Source of the DNA: an uncultured virus (IMG/VR IMGVR_UViG_3300043434_000216)
Lineage: Duplodnaviria; Heunggongvirae; Uroviricota; Caudoviricetes
IMG/VR virus record: IMGVR_UViG_3300043434_000216
Direction: 5' to 3' (one strand)
Length of the DNA stretch: 64,000 nucleotides
The notes beneath the pieces were generated by a model that made no database searches, was not told where the DNA came from, and saw only the letters and a program-made list of their open reading frames with translations. Made by a program: the position numbers and the translations under genes. Positions 1 to 8,085 of the stretch are shown in pieces (positions within the stretch are counted from its first letter, which is position 1; every line of letters begins with the position of its first letter).

Positions 1-326
1 GTTTTGATGATGAATGCTGTGGATATTATTCTGATAATATTCTTTATATCTATGAAATTGAAAATAAAAATCTTTGCAATGGAGCAATTGTCTGTGCACT
101 TAAACAACAAGTATTTAGATGGTTTAGAGATAAGTATAATCTAATTGGGCTAGTTGAAGGTGGATATACAGAAGGCAAAAATGTATTCAGCTATGTTATT
201 TGGCGAGGCAGTTTTGATGATTGGATAGACACCTATTGGGGCACCTACGAAGAAGCAGAGAGTGCTTGTATTGATAAATTAATTTCAATTTCAAAAGGTA
301 GCGAATTCGAGACCTTTAATAACTAA
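1..326 (+). CDS. Hypothetical phage protein, 5'-truncated by the window edge
   Basis: Frame from position 3 is open to TAA at 324-326 (..FDDECCGYY..KQQVFRWFRDKY..TYEEAESACIDKLI..); not in the ORF track because it has no start. Confidence 0.7.
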   Translation, partial: FDDECCGYYSDNILYIYEIENKNLCNGAIVCALKQQVFRWFRDKYNLIGLVEGGYTEGKNVFSYVIWRGSFDDWIDTYWGTYEEAESACIDKLISISKGSEFETFNN

Positions 327-357
327 ACAACAAGATAAAAACTAAACAATAAAAAAT

Positions 358-606
358 ATGAATTTAACAGACAATCAATTGGTGGAAATTTATGAACTTG
401 TTTTTTCGGAAGTTCATTCATTTGGATTTAAAGTATCTGAAATTAAAAATCTTTTATTTGACAAAGATTATTGGTTTTTAGAAAGACCAAAGGAAAGTTG
501 GTATAAAAATGTTATTAATTATTTGCAGTTAATTGGGTATGACACATCATTATTAAATATTAATCCTTTATTAATTGAAATAGCTAAACAACAAGACAAT
601 GTCTAA
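358..606 (+). CDS. Hypothetical phage protein ending in the KQQDN junction motif
   Basis: 82-aa ORF with an A-rich leader; overlaps the next start. Confidence 0.6.
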   Translation: MNLTDNQLVEIYELVFSEVHSFGFKVSEIKNLLFDKDYWFLERPKESWYKNVINYLQLIGYDTSLLNINPLLIEIAKQQDNV

Positions 607-838
607 CAAAGAGGTTGCTTACCCTAATCCATTTGTTGGGGATGAACTAGAGATAATGTGTGTGCGCGCAGTACTTACCGCTCGCAAAGGATACCTTGAG
701 CGGGAAATAAAACAATACTCCGCTCTATTCAAGTTTGCGAAACCTGAGATGGAGTCATACAAGAAGTTGGAGAAAATTGTTATGGATATGATAGAAGACC
801 TAAGCGAGGTTACGGAAAAATTGAAAACAGAGATATGA
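599..838 (+). CDS. Hypothetical protein
   Basis: 79-aa ORF; ATGA overlap with the initiator gene. Confidence 0.6.
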   Translation: MSNKEVAYPNPFVGDELEIMCVRAVLTARKGYLEREIKQYSALFKFAKPEMESYKKLEKIVMDMIEDLSEVTEKLKTEI

Positions 839-1479
839 ATTTTATAATAATCCCATTTGATTTACTAGCACGAACGGACTTAACCGCATCGGAGAAAAAT
901 CTGATGGGATTAATCCAGAGTTTGTCGGCTAAGGAGGGGCACTGCTTTGCAAGTAATCAATACCTAGCTACTTCTCTTGGGTCTAACTCTGAGTCGGTAA
1001 GGAAGTGGATTAATGCCTTAGAAAAGAAAGGACTGCTTAGCAGGGTGATTAAGAAGAAGCCTAATGGGGAGGTTGATACAAGAGAGATTAGGCTCACTAC
1101 CCCTATGGTAAAAAATGACCATACCTATGGTAAAATTCTACCAGAGGGTATGGTAAAAATTGACCACATAATAGATAATACTAATAAAGAAAGTAATAAG
1201 TCTATTGAACGCTTCGAAGAGTTTTGGAATATCTACAACAAGAAGGTAGGTAAGGACAAGACTAAGGCTAAGTGGTCTAAGCTAAAAGAGAAAGAGATAG
1301 ACGCTATATTCAAGGCTCTGCCTAGTTACATAGCTAGCAGAGAGGTGAAGTATCGTAAAGACCCCGAGAGATACCTTACACACCGAGTATGGGAGGATGA
1401 GATGCCAAGCGAAGCGCAAGCGTCGAATCCACTATCAGCAATTAAATTAACAGAAATCGAAATTCCAGACAACTTTTAA
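835..1479 (+). CDS. Phage replication initiator with N-terminal winged helix (lambda O-like layout)
   Basis: DLTASEK..GHCFASNQYLA..L..LEKKGLL HTH pattern, internal iterons, C-terminal FEEFWNIYNKKVGK..YRKDPERYL..WEDE domain; directly upstream of DnaB. Confidence 0.85.
   Translation: MNFIIIPFDLLARTDLTASEKNLMGLIQSLSAKEGHCFASNQYLATSLGSNSESVRKWINALEKKGLLSRVIKKKPNGEVDTREIRLTTPMVKNDHTYGKILPEGMVKIDHIIDNTNKESNKSIERFEEFWNIYNKKVGKDKTKAKWSKLKEKEIDAIFKALPSYIASREVKYRKDPERYLTHRVWEDEMPSEAQASNPLSAIKLTEIEIPDNF
1098..1200. repeat. Putative replication origin: three iterons TGGT-N8-ACCA plus an AT-rich tract
   Basis: TGGTAAAAAATGACCA 1106-1121, TGGTAAAATTCTACCA 1128-1143, TGGTAAAAATTGACCA 1151-1166 (22-23 bp period) inside the initiator gene, followed by an A-rich stretch. 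Confidence 0.8.
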
Positions 1480-1481
1480 CT

Positions 1482-2903
1482 ATGCCAAGACTAAACATAC
1501 CATTACTTGAGTCGGACGTAATCGCATACCTGCTTGACAAACCACACCTAGTAAAGGATGCGGTTAAGATTGTAGGTGAGGACGCGTTTACTTTCGACCT
1601 ATTTAAGGAGGCATATCAGACGATGAAGGAGTTTTATTTAGACAATAAGGCTTACACTCGTTTTGATATATTTAAGCGCCTTAGCGCCAATTCTTACTAC
1701 CTAGCTGATGAGCCACCGATGTTATTGACAATGACTCCAAAGACAACGATTGAGTTGGCGTCGGCGTGTCAGGAGTTGAAGGAGCTAGAGAAGAAGAGAC
1801 AATACCAAGACTTGACCAATCGTATGCAGACCGCGCTTGACCAAGGGGAAGATGTTACACTGATTCAAACTATCATAGAGCAAGGTGTTACTAGGATTGA
1901 GCAAGACTTTGTTAGTAGCGAAGTGTTCGCGCTAGGCGATGTTTACGACAAGGTGATGGATAAGCTAGAGTTAAATGCTGGCAACATAAAGTTCTCAGGC
2001 ATTGACACGGGTTCGCGTAAGTTGAACTACGCTTTAGGGGGATGGCAGGAGGGCATTATCGTGATTGCCGCTAGACCTTCAATGGGAAAGACTATTGTGG
2101 GACTAGATGTAGCAAAGGCTTGTGCCAAGGCAGGTAAAAGGGTATTGTTTCTCTCACTTGAGATGCCGAAGGAGTCTTTAATGTATCGCTACATTTCATC
2201 TGAAGCGCCAGATTACAAGTACTCAGACATCAAAGCTAATCGCATAACCCAAGATGATATCAAGAAGATTAGATTATCTAATGCAAGGGAGCTAAAGCGC
2301 CTACCAATCTTCTTCTATGACTCGGACAATCGAGACGTCAACTACCTGTCGATGGTACTCACAACTGAGTGTCGTAAGAACAAGATTGATATGGTGGTGA
2401 TAGATTATATGCAGTTGATTCGCGACAATCAGATGCGCGGGCAGGACGACTTCACGCAAGTGTCTTCGGTGTCCAATAAGCTACAGAAGCTAACAAGGAA
2501 GTTAAATATACCGATTGTTTGCCTGAGTCAATTGTCCCGTGGTGCTGAGGGTAGAAGCGACAAGCGCCCGCAGTTGTCTGACATTAGAAGTTCTGGTAAC
2601 ATTGAACAGGATGCGTCAGTGGTAATTGGTTTGTATAGACCTTATTACTATGCTCAGGCGGAAGCGCGCGCAAGTAACCTCCCTATACCTCCGATGGACT
2701 ACACGCTTGAGTTCATTATCCTTAAGAACAGAGATGGTATGACAGGTGGTATCGTAAGGTATTGCGATGTGACTACTAACAGGATAGCAGACGAGGAGGA
2801 AGAGTTGTTTAGGTTTACGGCGTTAGAGCCTGCCTATAAGAATTCTGTTATAAATAAGATTGAAGTAGATTTTGATAACGATGTAAAGATAGACCCTTTT
2901 TAG
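1482..2903 (+). CDS. dnaB: Replicative DNA helicase (DnaB family)
   Basis: Walker A AARPSMGKT, SLEM, VVIDYMQL, LSQLSR, RPQLSDIRSSGNIEQDA, KNRDG motifs. Confidence 0.96.
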   Translation: MPRLNIPLLESDVIAYLLDKPHLVKDAVKIVGEDAFTFDLFKEAYQTMKEFYLDNKAYTRFDIFKRLSANSYYLADEPPMLLTMTPKTTIELASACQELKELEKKRQYQDLTNRMQTALDQGEDVTLIQTIIEQGVTRIEQDFVSSEVFALGDVYDKVMDKLELNAGNIKFSGIDTGSRKLNYALGGWQEGIIVIAARPSMGKTIVGLDVAKACAKAGKRVLFLSLEMPKESLMYRYISSEAPDYKYSDIKANRITQDDIKKIRLSNARELKRLPIFFYDSDNRDVNYLSMVLTTECRKNKIDMVVIDYMQLIRDNQMRGQDDFTQVSSVSNKLQKLTRKLNIPIVCLSQLSRGAEGRSDKRPQLSDIRSSGNIEQDASVVIGLYRPYYYAQAEARASNLPIPPMDYTLEFIILKNRDGMTGGIVRYCDVTTNRIADEEEELFRFTALEPAYKNSVINKIEVDFDNDVKIDPF

Positions 2904-2904
2904 T

Positions 2905-3153
2905 ATGCCAATTAGAAGTTTAGAAGAAAAGGCTGAAATTGAAGCAATAGAAGCCAAAGAAAAAGTTGTCCCTAAAAAAAGAAAGCCCAAAGTAGATTCT
3001 TGGTACAAGGATATGTTAGCAACGGGAGCGCCTACAAATTGGGATGGAGGAATTTACATTACAGAAGGTCTGTATTTGTATCCCGATGGGGAGTTAAGAG
3101 GCGAGGATGACGACGACGAAGAAGAAGATGAAGACGAAGATGACGATGAATAA
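2905..3153 (+). CDS. Hypothetical protein with an acidic C-terminal tail
   Basis: 82-aa ORF ending in a D/E run, between dnaB and the nuclease. Confidence 0.6.
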   Translation: MPIRSLEEKAEIEAIEAKEKVVPKKRKPKVDSWYKDMLATGAPTNWDGGIYITEGLYLYPDGELRGEDDDDEEEDEDEDDDE

Positions 3154-3154
3154 T

Positions 3155-3919
3155 ATGAATGTATTCCAAGAACTCAAGAAGTTCTCACACATTAAGTACT
3201 ACGACGAGCCTCATAAGTATTTCATAGGCGAGCAAGAGTTGGTCTCTGGTACGGGATTCCTTAAGCTATTCAAGCCCGAGTTTGATGCTAAGTTTATGGC
3301 GAAGAAGGTGGCGACGAAGAAAGGTATTCCTGTTGAAGACGTCCTTGCCGAATGGGATTACAAGCGTGAGTTTGCTGGGATGAAGGGGACGTTAGTACAC
3401 AACTTTGCTGAGAACTATTGGTTCAATAAAATCTTCCCTTATCAGGCACAACTTGTAATCGATAAGTTTGGTGAAGACCATATCAAAGAGCGCTACGATA
3501 GATGTGTAGAGATGTTCCTAGACTTCTACCGTGACGCCTGCTCTGCGCTTACTCCTGTTGCAATGGAGTTAGTTATTGGAGATGCCGAGCTTGGGGTAGG
3601 GGGTATGGTTGATTGTTTGTTCTATAACGAGAAGCTAAAGGAGTACCAGATTTGGGACTACAAAACCAACAAACAGATACGAATGCACTCTGAGTATCGT
3701 AAACGATTCAAGAAACCGATATCGTTTATAGAGGAATGTGAGTACGAGGCTTATTCGCTTCAGCTAAACCTGTACAAGTACATTATCCAGAAGAATACTA
3801 ATATCAAGATAGGTCGATTGTATTTAGTATGGCTGTTTGAGGAGAATGAAAGCTACCAAGTAATTGAATGTAAAGATTATCAATCAGTAATAGAGTTAAT
3901 GTTTAAACACAAGAAGTAA
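3155..3919 (+). CDS. PD-(D/E)XK exonuclease (RecB/Cas4-like phage nuclease)
   Basis: HKY..SGT, GTLVH, ELVI..GGMVD..IWDYKTN, YSLQLNLY motifs; start at 3146 or 3155 is more likely than the track's 3107. Confidence 0.85.
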   Translation: MNVFQELKKFSHIKYYDEPHKYFIGEQELVSGTGFLKLFKPEFDAKFMAKKVATKKGIPVEDVLAEWDYKREFAGMKGTLVHNFAENYWFNKIFPYQAQLVIDKFGEDHIKERYDRCVEMFLDFYRDACSALTPVAMELVIGDAELGVGGMVDCLFYNEKLKEYQIWDYKTNKQIRMHSEYRKRFKKPISFIEECEYEAYSLQLNLYKYIIQKNTNIKIGRLYLVWLFEENESYQVIECKDYQSVIELMFKHKK

Positions 3920-4293
3920 TGGAATCAAAAACAATTTTTAAGTTAAAAGACGTAGTCTATGTCACATCATTTGGGTGGGGAATAGTTATCGATGCGGGTT
4001 GCTCTACCCTTGAAGGCTGGGTAGGTATAGAAACAAATAGCGGCAGAATAATTCACGTTGATACCTATTTAGTATCCTTCACCGAATATACCCTTGATGG
4101 ATTTTCTCAGGATAGACCTGAAGATTTACCTAACGAAGGGGATATTGTTTGGGTAAAGGATGAAGATGATGAGTTTTGGCAAATCGGGCATTTTTATAAA
4201 AAAGTAGACAATAGGTATTTAATTTCATCAGGTAGACCAGGCGGATGGTCTATTATGGGAACTAAAATGACAACAACTAACCCATATAAATAA
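3919..4293 (+). CDS. Hypothetical phage protein
   Basis: 124-aa ORF coupled to the upstream stop. Confidence 0.65.
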   Translation: MESKTIFKLKDVVYVTSFGWGIVIDAGCSTLEGWVGIETNSGRIIHVDTYLVSFTEYTLDGFSQDRPEDLPNEGDIVWVKDEDDEFWQIGHFYKKVDNRYLISSGRPGGWSIMGTKMTTTNPYK

Positions 4294-4309
4294 TTAAACC
4301 AACCAAACA

Positions 4310-4597
4310 ATGAAAGACGTACTAAACGACACGCTTGATGACATCGTTGAGGAGATGAAAATCTCACTACGATACGCATACCAAAGAGGGTATGAAAAAG
4401 GAGAACAGAACCAAGGATTGATTAACTCAAAGCTATCTAACCCAAGATTAATCCTCGGTGACTTTATTAAGTTCCTTAAGAGGTACAAGATGACATCTGT
4501 TGACGGAGAGATTAGGTTCTCTGATAACAACTACGTTTACTTTGACGAAAATTTGGTAGCAAGATTCTTATTATTATACGACTATGACGCGGAGTAA
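4310..4597 (+). CDS. Hypothetical protein
   Basis: ORF preceded by the AACCAAACAA leader motif. Confidence 0.65.
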   Translation: MKDVLNDTLDDIVEEMKISLRYAYQRGYEKGEQNQGLINSKLSNPRLILGDFIKFLKRYKMTSVDGEIRFSDNNYVYFDENLVARFLLLYDYDAE

Positions 4598-4844
4598 ATT
4601 AATGCTACTGAACAAGACTAAGAAGCACATATCTTCGTTAGGGTTCTTGTATTATATGGTTCCTGATGCGGGGAGCCTGATGCTTTTAAAGGAGGGTGGG
4701 GACAACAACCACTACCTAATGATTGTCTTTACGGGACGCAATAGAACTTGGGAATACGAGAGACGTCATTTTAGTATTGGGACTTTGTGCCCTGAGACTT
4801 TTAAGGATGTAGAGAAAGGGATTGCTAAATATTTAGGACGATGA
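4584..4844 (+). CDS. Hypothetical protein
   Basis: ORF in a tightly packed + strand run. Confidence 0.55.
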   Translation: MTRSKLMLLNKTKKHISSLGFLYYMVPDAGSLMLLKEGGDNNHYLMIVFTGRNRTWEYERRHFSIGTLCPETFKDVEKGIAKYLGR

Positions 4845-5092
4845 AACTATACACAGAAGAACAAGTAAGGCTATTACTTGATTTAGCAAAGCTAAAAATT
4901 AATGGCGAAGGGTATTCAAAAGAAACTTTATTAGAACAGGTAGCACCTATCGAACTACCAAGTGATGAGGAAGTAATGTATATGTCTTTACCCAAAAAAA
5001 AAGGTGACAGTCATTCTAGCGATTATATGGAAGGATTCAATAAAGGTGCTAAATGGGTAATAGAACAAATTAAACAACAAGACAATGCCTGA
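4841..5092 (+). CDS. Hypothetical phage protein ending in the KQQDN junction motif
   Basis: 83-aa ORF (KLYTEEQV..PIELPSDEE..GAKW). Confidence 0.65.
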   Translation: MKLYTEEQVRLLLDLAKLKINGEGYSKETLLEQVAPIELPSDEEVMYMSLPKKKGDSHSSDYMEGFNKGAKWVIEQIKQQDNA

Positions 5093-5282
5093 TATAACAA
5101 TGTGTCGGGGCGACGAATGCCCAAAGAAGCAATCTTGCTACAGGTACACAGCAAAAGCGAGTCGCTACCAGTCATTCTTTATGACGCCACCTATTAAAGA
5201 TGGAGAATGTGACCATTACTGGGGCGAGCAAGCGGAATCTATTATGAATCAATTAAACGATATTGTAAATGGAAAAGTATAG
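5085..5282 (+). CDS. Small Cys-rich phage protein
   Basis: MPDITMC..CPKKQSCYRY..QSFF..C pattern. Confidence 0.7.
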   Translation: MPDITMCRGDECPKKQSCYRYTAKASRYQSFFMTPPIKDGECDHYWGEQAESIMNQLNDIVNGKV

Positions 5283-5544
5283 AATAATAGAAACAACAAC
5301 TCCATTACTTACAAGAAATGTAGCAGGGGAGGTCGACTTTGTTCCTCAAGTGCTTTGCAATAAGACTTACCACATTGAGCAATGCGTATTCCATATATTT
5401 GGATACTTTAATGTTTGGCATAAAGTAGAGTTTTATGACGATGCGATTAGAACAAGAAGCGTGTTCAGGTCGATTGAAGAAGCAAAGGCTTGGCTTAAGT
5501 TTGGAGAGCTGGTAGTTGAGACTAAAGTAGTAGCTAAATTATAA
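5269..5544 (+). CDS. Hypothetical protein
   Basis: 91-aa ORF in the operon. Confidence 0.55.
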   Translation: MEKYRIIETTTPLLTRNVAGEVDFVPQVLCNKTYHIEQCVFHIFGYFNVWHKVEFYDDAIRTRSVFRSIEEAKAWLKFGELVVETKVVAKL

Positions 5545-5548
5545 GATA

Positions 5549-5839
5549 ATGGAAAATAAACAAACGGCTGTTGAATGGCTTGTAGAAGAATTGGGGGAAT
5601 ATTTTCCTAATGAAATTGCAGGGATTCATTTAATGGTTGCAAAAGCCAAAGCAATGGAGAAAGAGCAGATAATAGATGCACGCGTAAGTGGATTTGCATC
5701 AAGTGCTGAAGGTTGGAATGGAGAAATTCCGTGTATGAAATGGAGTGAAATGGTAAGAGAAACTAAATGTGAGGGATATTACAACGAAACTTATGGGTCG
5801 CAAGCTCCCCAACGCTTGAATCAAGCTAATGGCAACTAA
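5549..5839 (+). CDS. Hypothetical phage protein (KQTAVEW..AKAMEKEQI family, copy 1)
   Basis: Paralogous to 5829-6080. Confidence 0.7.
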   Translation: MENKQTAVEWLVEELGEYFPNEIAGIHLMVAKAKAMEKEQIIDARVSGFASSAEGWNGEIPCMKWSEMVRETKCEGYYNETYGSQAPQRLNQANGN

Positions 5840-6080
5840 ACAGAGTGCAATCGAATGGGCTGAAGATAAATTATCTGATTTAAACTCAGCAGTTGTTAAT
5901 GGAGAAATCGCTCCTGAAGAATACCACGAAATAAGGGTTAATATATGGAAGAAAGCCAAAGCATTGGAGAAAGAGCAGATAAAACACGCAATTATGGCTG
6001 GAATATCAATTGGGTTTGACGATAATCCTGAATATGTTTCTGAAAAATTTTACAACATAACATACGCAAATGCAGAATAA
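5829..6080 (+). CDS. Hypothetical phage protein (KQSAIEW..AKALEKEQI family, copy 2)
   Basis: Paralogous to 5549-5839. Confidence 0.7.
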   Translation: MATKQSAIEWAEDKLSDLNSAVVNGEIAPEEYHEIRVNIWKKAKALEKEQIKHAIMAGISIGFDDNPEYVSEKFYNITYANAE

Positions 6081-6258
6081 ATCTATCTTTCTTTACCCAT
6101 ATGTGTTCTGGCGGAACGCCTATGAAGACCTGTGGTACGCTATACCACGCGAGCAGTACAGCGAATTTTGGAACGGAAACAAAGAGGTAGCCTTTAAGGC
6201 GCGCTTTATGGAAGACCTCGTTAAACAATTAACTTACGATGAAGATGAAGAAAATTAA
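6070..6258 (+). CDS. Hypothetical protein
   Basis: 62-aa ORF in the operon. Confidence 0.55.
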   Translation: MQNKSIFLYPYVFWRNAYEDLWYAIPREQYSEFWNGNKEVAFKARFMEDLVKQLTYDEDEEN

Positions 6259-6472
6259 ATTAATGAACTACAAGTCAGCTGATGCAAGCGAAGTTTGCGT
6301 TGTGGACTACAATGATTTAAGAGTTAACTTCTATGACAAAGAAGGAAACTATCGTTACAGATTGCTTGGTGCAGTTAATGACCGAATCGAGGCTAACCTT
6401 GCTTACCACGGATGGACAAAGACAAATGCTTCCACTATCAGCAAATTCAGAGATGGAATTCAAGAGGTATAA
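6239..6472 (+). CDS. Hypothetical protein
   Basis: 77-aa ORF in the operon. Confidence 0.55.
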   Translation: MKMKKIKLMNYKSADASEVCVVDYNDLRVNFYDKEGNYRYRLLGAVNDRIEANLAYHGWTKTNASTISKFRDGIQEV

Positions 6473-6710
6473 TTTCCGACGAGTAAGAGGTTTTTACCTC
6501 AAGTTTTGTGGCACGATTTACAGGATGGAGAAGTATCAGTTCGTCCCTAGGGAGCTAGTGTATAACATAGTCCCACACATTAAGATTTTTGATTGGTATT
6601 TATATAAGGTAGACGTAAGATGGCAAACAATGCAAAGAATGAAAACTATGAAAAAGCAATCCAGTGGGCTACTAAGTACCTTGAAGAAAATGTTGAACCA
6701 AAAGAGGTAA
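6453..6710 (+). CDS. Hypothetical protein (probable start at 6453, MEFKRY)
   Basis: Fills the gap between neighbours but overlaps the next ORF by about 90 nt. Confidence 0.4.
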   Translation: MEFKRYNFRRVRGFYLKFCGTIYRMEKYQFVPRELVYNIVPHIKIFDWYLYKVDVRWQTMQRMKTMKKQSSGLLSTLKKMLNQKR

Positions 6711-6859
6711 ACTTTAAACAAGGTGTGATAGTCCATAGCGACATTGATATGATAAGAACAAATCTTAGCAGATTAATTCACGCCAAAGGTCGAGCGCAAC
6801 AAGCATCTTACAGGGCAATAAGAGAGTTTAAAATTTATTTGTCCAAAAATTTGACTTAA
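6620..6859 (+). CDS. Hypothetical protein
   Basis: 79-aa ORF. Confidence 0.6.
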   Translation: MANNAKNENYEKAIQWATKYLEENVEPKEVNFKQGVIVHSDIDMIRTNLSRLIHAKGRAQQASYRAIREFKIYLSKNLT

Positions 6860-6880
6860 CAAAAACGTTTACTACCTTTG
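6850..6880 (+). promoter_or_regulatory. Bacteroidota-type primary sigma promoter upstream of the RNA cluster
   Basis: TTTG (6850-6853), 19-nt spacer, TACCTTTG (6873-6880). Confidence 0.75.
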
Positions 6881-6966
6881 GGTCAGGGTTAGAAACAAGT
6901 TCATCTTTCAGTTGAAAGAAGGAAATCGGGAGTCGTCTGACTTATGAGATGGCGTCTCCTGCGGTA

Positions 6967-7111
6967 AATAGGGTGGCGGAACGGTTAGGGGTGTCCCCTG
7001 ACGATGGCAGACGCATAGAGTTGGATTACTGCGTGAAATACTTACCAACTCTATTATACAATGCAGCGGTTTTAGTGCCGAGTATTGGTGGTTCGAATCC
7101 ACCCCCTATTT
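6967..7111 (+). ncRNA. tRNA-like RNA 1 (145 nt, expanded D-loop and anticodon arm)
   Basis: Acceptor AATAGGG/CCCTATT, TGGCGGAA..TGGCAGACGC D-arm with an inserted hairpin, 10-bp stem ATAGAGTTGG/CCAACTCTAT, T-arm GGTGG-TTCGAAT-CCACC. Confidence 0.8.
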
Positions 7112-7237
7112 CAGCCTCTTGTGTATGGCTATGCAGAGAACTCACAAGAATCGTTAAGGGACATAGACCCTCTGAATGGTGGTTGGAGCGCTACAGTAAG
7201 AAACTCCTCGCGAATAGTACCTAAGCTATTCAAATTT

Positions 7238-7382
7238 AGTCAGGTGGCGGAAGATATACAATGGTTTATTAGTTGCAACTGATAAATTAGTGTTGGTAGA
7301 CGCAATCGTAGAAGCGGCGAGATGAATGCTAAATAGGCTCACAACGATTAGCAAAATGCGGGTTCGAATCCCGTCCTGATTA
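7238..7382 (+). ncRNA. tRNA-like RNA 2 (145 nt, expanded D-loop and anticodon arm)
   Basis: Acceptor AGTCAGG/CCTGATT, TGGCGGAA-[~40 nt]-TGGTAGACGC, AATCGT/ACGATT stem, T-arm GCGGG-TTCGAAT-CCCGT. Confidence 0.8.
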
Positions 7383-7469
7383 CAAAATCGGCTATAAGAG
7401 GATTGGCAAGAAGGTGCTGCAGCTAACGTGTCTTGCAAGTAGATGACAGCTCGGAAAGACGGCAAATAT

Positions 7470-7564
7470 AGTCAGGTGGCGGAATGGTAGACGCTCTTAA
7501 AACAGGCGGTTATAGAGTGTAGCTATGTATATAACTTTTACAGGTTCGAATCCTGTCCTGACTA
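7470..7564 (+). ncRNA. tRNA-like RNA 3 (tRNA-Leu-derived, no anticodon stem)
   Basis: Acceptor AGTCAGG/CCTGACT, D-arm GGCGGAATGGTAGACGC, unpaired CTTAAAA loop remnant, long GGTTATA/TATAACT arm, T-arm ACAGG-TTCGAAT-CCTGT. Confidence 0.8.
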
Positions 7565-7584
7565 CTAACTAAATAAATAATAAA

Positions 7585-7953
7585 ATGGAGAATAGTAACA
7601 TTCCAGTATCGCACGGCGAGAAAAAAGCCAAATCATTAGGGAACACAGATACAAATGGTGCAACTAAAAACGTAAAAGACATTGTATTCTGGGGGGATGG
7701 AGATGCATTTAAATTAATCTGTAAGGCTTCTAGTGTTCAAGAAGGTTGGATGAAATCAACTAAGGCAATGGAAATTTTCGGGGCGGGATGCTTAGTGCAA
7801 GTAACTACTCAACAAGGAGATAATGTCGCAGAGGCATTATCTTTCATACCTGATGTTAAAATTATAGAGCAGATTAGAAAAGAAGATGATGTTGTTATTG
7901 CAAGAAAATTAGTTTCAAAGGGTTATATGATAGAAAGCAAAGTCTATGTATAA
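7585..7953 (+). CDS. Hypothetical phage protein inside the RNA cluster
   Basis: 122-aa ORF (KLICKASS..EGWMKSTKAM..GCLVQVTTQQ) with an A-rich leader. Confidence 0.75.
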   Translation: MENSNIPVSHGEKKAKSLGNTDTNGATKNVKDIVFWGDGDAFKLICKASSVQEGWMKSTKAMEIFGAGCLVQVTTQQGDNVAEALSFIPDVKIIEQIRKEDDVVIARKLVSKGYMIESKVYV

Positions 7954-8085
7954 TTAAAAATTTACTTGTATAAATATACGACTCTAAATATTGGCATTGA
8001 GGTTCTCAGTCGTATAACCCTCGATACACGGTTTGCCACTGCAAGGTCACAAGTATGACAGCTGGAAAGACAGCATTTTTTTTTT

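Noticed and set aside
3155..3919. Cas4 as evidence of a CRISPR adaptation system
   Set aside because: No clear four-cysteine Fe-S arrangement and no cas1/cas2; context fits a replication/recombination exonuclease
7112..7160. HDV-like (theta) ribozyme 3' of a tRNA
   Set aside because: A pseudoknot is present but no P3/L3/P1.1 elements could be placed
6908..7465. ORFs 6908-7102, 6949-7224, 7085-7282 and 7226-7465
   Set aside because: They overlap the structured RNA cluster and have atypical composition; likely spurious
8030..8075. Cobalamin riboswitch (GCCACTG plus an AGC..GGAAAGAC 3' motif)
   Set aside because: The upstream GGGAA/T-loop core is not recognisable and no relevant gene follows
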